Virus record (IMG/VR): IMGVR_UViG_3300017754_001794
Coordinates: 1-62,003 of that record
DNA: 62,003 nucleotides
Reading direction: 5' to 3' (one strand)
DNA from: a virus
Taxonomy: Duplodnaviria > Caudoviricetes
Shown here: piece after piece, positions 61,723 to 62,003 of the stretch
How positions within the stretch are numbered: position 1 is the first letter of the stretch
Layout: every line of letters begins with the position of its first letter
Position numbers and translations under genes: made by a program
Notes under the pieces: model-generated
Seen by the model: only the letters and a program-made list of their open reading frames with translations
What the model was told of the DNA's origin: nothing
Databases searched by the model: none

Positions 61723-62003
61723 TTAATCCAGCACTTGCATGAGTTGGAAGCAGCGCCCACGGTAGCCGAAGTCCTGTGTGAGCTTGCTCTTGTCAACCTC
61801 CATAAGCCACCCGCTGTCCACAAGGCTTTTGACGCAGGCGTCCACGGCGCTGGTGCTGCCGTAGGGGTGGCGGCTGAAGCTGGCGACGTGCTGCAGGCGG
61901 TTGATGAGGTAGCTGCGGGGCACGTATCCTTTTTGCCACATGGCGTCCGGTATCTTGTGGCTCGCCGCTGGGCCTTCGGTGAAGTATTGCTTCAGCACCA
62001 ACA
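61723..62003 (-). CDS. 3' end of the primase-polymerase/helicase CDS
   Basis: In frame with 1..2272 through the 123-bp overlap; TAA at 61723-61725. Confidence 0.88.
   Translation of the reverse strand, partial: LVLKQYFTEGPAASHKIPDAMWQKGYVPRSYLINRLQHVASFSRHPYGSTSAVDACVKSLVDSGWLMEVDKSKLTQDFGYRGRCFQLMQVLD
61881..62003 (+). repeat. 123-bp exact terminal direct repeat, copy 2
   Basis: Identical to 1-123. Confidence 0.95.

Larger units (their letters stand above)
1..62003. mobile_element. Complete tailed (siphovirus-type) bacteriophage genome, probably lytic, Queuovirinae-like organisation
   Basis: Terminase, portal, capsid, tail tube, tape measure, lysis, replication and DNA-modification modules are all present. 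The contig ends overlap and a CDS runs through the junction. No integrase or repressor was recognised. Confidence 0.95.

Noticed and set aside
1-62003. tRNA genes or stop-codon reassignment (prompted by the RF-like domain)
   Set aside because: No cloverleaf or T-loop signature was noticed in the intergenic gaps, and conserved genes are intact under the standard code with TAA, TGA and TAG all used as stops.

Overview
This window is an apparently complete, circularly permuted, GC-rich tailed-phage genome of 61,880 bp unique length; bases 1-123 are repeated exactly at 61881-62003. I found no integrase or repressor, so it is probably lytic. It has two arms that diverge from an AT-rich gap at about 3.0-3.3 kb and converge at about 41,980. 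The + arm carries about 30 small early/accessory genes (DenV glycosylase, Dda-like helicase, MazG-like, HslV-like peptidase, HAD, VRR-NUC). These are followed by terminase, portal, head, a siphovirus tail with a -1 frameshifted chaperone and 1963-aa tape measure, tail fibres, two papain-fold enzymes and a holin/endolysin/spanin cassette. The - arm carries primase-polymerase/helicase (spanning the contig ends), MazG, ThyX, ligase, Sak4-like ATPase, SSB, Cas4-like nuclease, RadD-like helicase, a full 7-deazaguanine DNA-modification cluster (queE-queD-folE-queC-like-dpdA), a beta clamp and PolA. The layout resembles Queuovirinae-type (9g/Seurat-like) siphoviruses, which is an inference. The most notable oddities are: a CCHC zinc knuckle fused to a GGQ-less release-factor-like domain; a divergent QueC lacking the YPDC motif; a RadD-like helicase ending in its own SSB C-terminal tip (DDDIPF); a C1A papain protease beside the tail fibres; a hairpin with an anti-Shine-Dalgarno loop; recurrent (A/U)UGU-loop hairpins; and a prim-pol whose DxD motif reads VxD. 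All functional calls come from motif recognition by eye; no database searches were run.
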